Assembly (NCBI RefSeq): GCF_009914755.1
Contig: NC_060928.1
Reading direction: 5' to 3' (one strand)
Source of the DNA: the human T2T-CHM13v2.0 reference genome, Homo sapiens
Length of the DNA: 64,000 bases
The position numbers and the translations under genes were made by a program. Under the pieces are notes generated by a model. The model had not been told where the DNA came from and did no database searches. It was given only the letters and a program-made list of their open reading frames with translations. This document shows, in pieces, positions 59,797-64,000 of this stretch; position 1 is the stretch's first letter, and every line of letters begins with the position of its first letter.

Positions 59797-61929
59797 ACTC
59801 ACTCCTTCATTCATTCATTCAACAAATATTCAGTTAATTCTAGAAACACTGTACAGTGTTAACACCTTCATTCTAGCCCAGTGAGCCTAATTATTAAGTA
59901 CCTGTCTAGAGGAAGATATTTACGAAAAAACAGTAGTCACTGTAAATTTTGTTGTGATTTCTGCTGCAGAAAAGCCACACAACAAACGTAAACCACGTTA
60001 AAGGGAAAATAACAATACTTTTTTCTCAAAATTTTATTTATTCCTCGAACAAAAGGTACATGTTTAGAAGGAAATAAGACTTTTTGGAAAAATTAGGGTG
60101 GCGAGCATGTGCTGAAATATCAATAAATGGAAGCACCACAATATGTTATGGGAGACATAATGTATTGACTGAAAGTAAAACTGAATGAAACATGTTTCTC
60201 TCAGACCCAGAGAGCAACAAACACAGCTGAAACAGGCAATTTAAATAAAATTGTGTTGTCTTATTTACGAAGAAATCTAGATAGTAACCAGTGATGAACA
60301 TTTTAACACTAGTAAAGAATTAGTAATGGAATTTCAGAAAAACATACTCAATGTACTTAAATAGGATGGACTTTTTCTTTTAAATGATGAGATAATTGTC
60401 TCAGGGCTTTACATTTAAGTAATTTTCTGAAACCTAATGCTATCAAATTCCCAAATCTCTTCATCTAGTTTATATAAGTTCATATAAAGTATATACTCCT
60501 GCATATATATCCTTTTTCCTGCCACACCCTTTCCTGTGCAATTTCACTGGCCTTTAAATTCTCAGTCCTTGCACTCTGGGGACATTTTACTATATGCTTG
60601 TGTACTTTTGATGTTTGAATGATAAACACAGTCACATACAAAACAATGCTCAAAGATATGACAACTTTCCTAGGAATGTAAAAATCTGTTAGACTATTCA
60701 CCAAAATGTGTTACAATAACTACCGTCCTAACATGTTTTTACACTGTGCAGGAAAATAAAGCAGTCAACTCAGAGAGAGAAGGACCATGACTTGGGATGT
60801 ATGTGGTTCCCTAAAAATGTCTCTGAACTTCTGACCTCCTTGATCAACATTCTACTGGTTCTCTACCTTCCTGTAACAACACAGTTATGACAATCATACT
60901 ACCTCTTCTTACACTGAGTGTAAGAAATGTATCTAAAAATCTAAAGGGTTATTTTTTGTTTAGTAATTCCACACTATTACATATGTTTAGAAACCTAATG
61001 GATCTTAATCACTTTGGCTCTTAGTAAAGAGTTTTGTATCTACTAAGCATGTTACCCACTGTATTTCTCTAAATGATAATAGGTCACTGTGATGTCCTTC
61101 GAAGGAAGAAATAACGCAGATTATTAAAGTTTTAAAATTTTGTAATATTTAATAATAAATATTTACAATATTTAAAACATAATATACCTAAAAATGATAC
61201 AACATATTATAAGAAGATAATATATGGCAGGCTTATTTTCAATAGTAGAATTATTGGAAAACTAGACAAAGAAACAGAACTCCTGTATCTATCATGAGGC
61301 AAGCAATCACTGGAGGGAGTTCTTGCATATCAGTTTAACTAAATAAGGAAGAACTATTAGACAGAAACTAGCTGAACTGAATTATTTTCTTTATGACTTG
61401 GTGTATTTACTTAGAGCAGTATTTTTCAAACTAGAATAAATCTTTGGATATTTACTCTAGTGGGCACACAACTTCTAAGTTATATACACTGATACAATAA
61501 GAAATTTTATGTTTTAAAGAAGTAATCATTATAAAAAGTGCAATGCTTATGTTAAATCAAGAAGAAATATTGTCACCAATTTTTTTATTTTATATAGATT
61601 TTAACATATATAAGACAAAATATAGTTATTGGAAAAGTGAGATAAAGCCTAAAGAGCAGAAATGCTAATATTTTCTTCTGACATTTCAATGGGGGTGTAT
61701 GCAGCTTCCTTTGTAGACCATTCCAGAGGAAAACCAATGGCAGTCAGTGATGCACTATGAGTTTATTGTATAGACCTGACAATTACAGATCAAGAATTTC
61801 CTTATATGTTAGTATTATCCTGAAATTTTAGCTCCTTGTTTCCTGATGTGGTTCCTACTCCTTAGCAGATAGTTTTATAACATTAAGAAAATCCAGAACC
61901 CATCTTTTGACATGGAAGGTTGCTTATTT

Positions 61930-62452
61930 GAGGGTTCCTCCACTCCTGGGCCATGGACCAGTACCAGTCTGTGGCCTGTTAGCAACCAGGCCACATAGCA
62001 GAGGGTGAGCAGTGGGCCAGTAAAGCTTCATCTGTGTTTACAGCTGCTCCCATCACTTGCATTATCACCCGAGCGCCACATTCTGCCAGATCAGTGGCAG
62101 CCTTAGACTCTCATAGGGGCGTGAACCCTATTGTAAACTGTATATGCGAAGAATCTAGGTTGTCTGCCCCTTATGAGAATCTAATGCCTCATGATCTGCC
62201 ACTGTCTCCCATCATTTCCAGACAGGACCATTTAGTTGCAGGGAAACAAGCTTAGGGCTCCCACTGATTCTACGTTATGGTAACGTGTATAATTATTTCA
62301 TAATATATTACAATGTAATAATAATAGAAATGAAGTGCACAATAAATGTAATGTACTTGAATCCTCCCAAAACCATCCTCTTACCTCTCGTCTGTGGAAA
62401 AATTGCCTTCCATGAAACTGGTCCCTGGTGCCAAAAAGATTGGGGATCACTG
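61930..62452 (+). mobile_element. MER1A (hAT-Charlie) DNA transposon
   Basis: TIRs (g)agggttcctcca...ttggggatcactg; 8-bp TSD gcttattt (61922-61929)/gcttattc (62453-62460). Confidence 0.93.
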
Positions 62453-63106
62453 GCTTATTCCATTGTTAGGTTGCTAAATATAAAGTTGGCACACACCCTT
62501 GAATAAACAGGAAGTTGTATCTTTACACTTGTGTTACTGATATGTATAAATCATTTTGTTGTTTATTCATTTGATAGCAAACTAAGTGAAAGCAACTTTA
62601 ACCTGAGTTCAAGTTGTCATTGATCATATCGGTTATTGAGTCCAAATAGATTTGGGGGCCTTTTTAACTTATTACTGTGGCTCAATGCTGGTGATTTCAA
62701 TATGTTTAATTTGAGTCTGTATTTTAAATCAAATTTGTGCAAAGTAATACTTGACTCTGTAGGTTAATGAGAAACAATAGAGGGATGATAGATAAAGGGT
62801 AAGCTGGCACCACTTAAAGGCCAGCAAGATATACAAATGAGCCAGAAAGAGTAAGTATAAGCAAGCTGAACTGTAATGAATCTCTGTGCAGCAGATAATC
62901 CCATATTCATTGTTCATGTTACTCACAGTGTGGGCAACATTTAATTTAAGCAGCAATATCGTTCATCAGATTAGATTTAAATTATCACTGTGTGTCATAT
63001 TTTTTAAAAGAAACTTGTAAAATGTTCAAATTTGAAAAATACTAATAAGGGCATTACTGATAATATAATTAATATTAAGTTGCATTATGATTATATTACA
63101 CTATTA

Positions 63107-63384
63107 GGCCAGGCGCAGTGGCTCACACCTGTAATTCCAGCACTTCGTGAGGTCAAGGCGAGTAGAGGGCTTGAGCTCAGGAGTTCAACACCAGCCTGGG
63201 AAACATGGTGAAACCTCATCTCTACAAAAGATATAAACATGAGCCAAGCATGATGGCTCATGCCTGTAGTCCCAGGTACTTGGGAGGCTGAGTTAGGAGG
63301 ATCAACCTGAGCCTGGGAGGCCCAGGATGCACTGAGCTATGATCACTCCAGTCTGGGCAACAGGGTGAGACCCTGTCTCAAAAA
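63107..63384 (+). mobile_element. AluJ
   Basis: ggccaggcgcagtggctcac...cttgagctcaggagttc...gtgagaccctgtctc plus short tail; TSD-like ttacactatta/ttatagtatta. Confidence 0.92.
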
Positions 63385-64000
63385 CATTTATAGTATTAGC
63401 TTATAATATAAAGAGTAAAACACCTATAGGCTCCAAAATTACTTGTAATCATGTAAGAGTGATGATGATGTTGATAGAGCTAACTTAGTTTCAAACAACT
63501 GTTGATTGTAGATTATTTTCCATTTAATTTAAGTTTCTCAACCAGGGAACAACTGAAATGATTTGTAATTTCATAAAGCATTGTGAAAGGCCATTTCATT
63601 GTCCATAGGAAATAAACTTGAAATCAGATTCCCTCTACCAAGTGCATGATAGAATGCCACTCTCACAATGAACCATCCAACTTTTATTAGAAACTACTGT
63701 TTCTCCATAAAACCAAACTCTTCCCTGCATTTTTGGTCATGCTCAGAAAAAAATATTTATTTTTTACTATGATTTAAGCAGTTTATAGACTGTCAAGACC
63801 ATGACTCTTCACATTAATATGGTTTCCTTATTTCCAAAGACCAATTGATGTTCTTTTATGAAATGTAAATTATAGAAAAAGAAATCCTTCATGTTTTTGG
63901 ATGATTACGGTCAGAGATCAATTTTGAAAACTATGTTATATAGTAATTCCTAGTAATAACAACAGTAATAACAAATTTTGATAAGAAAAAGGACCATTAT

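Overview
This is AT-rich, CpG-poor primate (very probably human) genomic DNA, either deep-intronic or intergenic. I see no intact protein-coding gene, RNA gene, CpG island or CRISPR-like system. A large share of the window is recognisable transposon debris: Alus, L1s of several ages, L2 and MIR relics, THE1/MST/MLT1/LTR16/MER74-type LTRs, a decayed ERV-L pro-pol-dUTPase region, and MER1A and MER44 DNA transposons. The ORF track is explained by L1 ORF2 fragments, repeat-derived frames, short chance ORFs and stop-free frames through a 1.36-kb minisatellite. I did not find an undescribed biological system. The best observations are mechanistic scars: (1) a 5'-inverted L1 with an apparent ~310-bp 3' transduction inside one TSD; (2) a locally templated complex rearrangement at 55.6 kb; (3) a TSD-flanked ~820-bp unknown sequence plus Alu dropped into an L2; (4) a minisatellite with a stepwise changing unit built on an inverted L1 motif; (5) a gag fragment displaced into ERV-L pol; (6) a nested MST>L1PB1>THE1A/AluSp stack. 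Subfamily names come from my recollection of consensus sequences and need RepeatMasker/Dfam confirmation.
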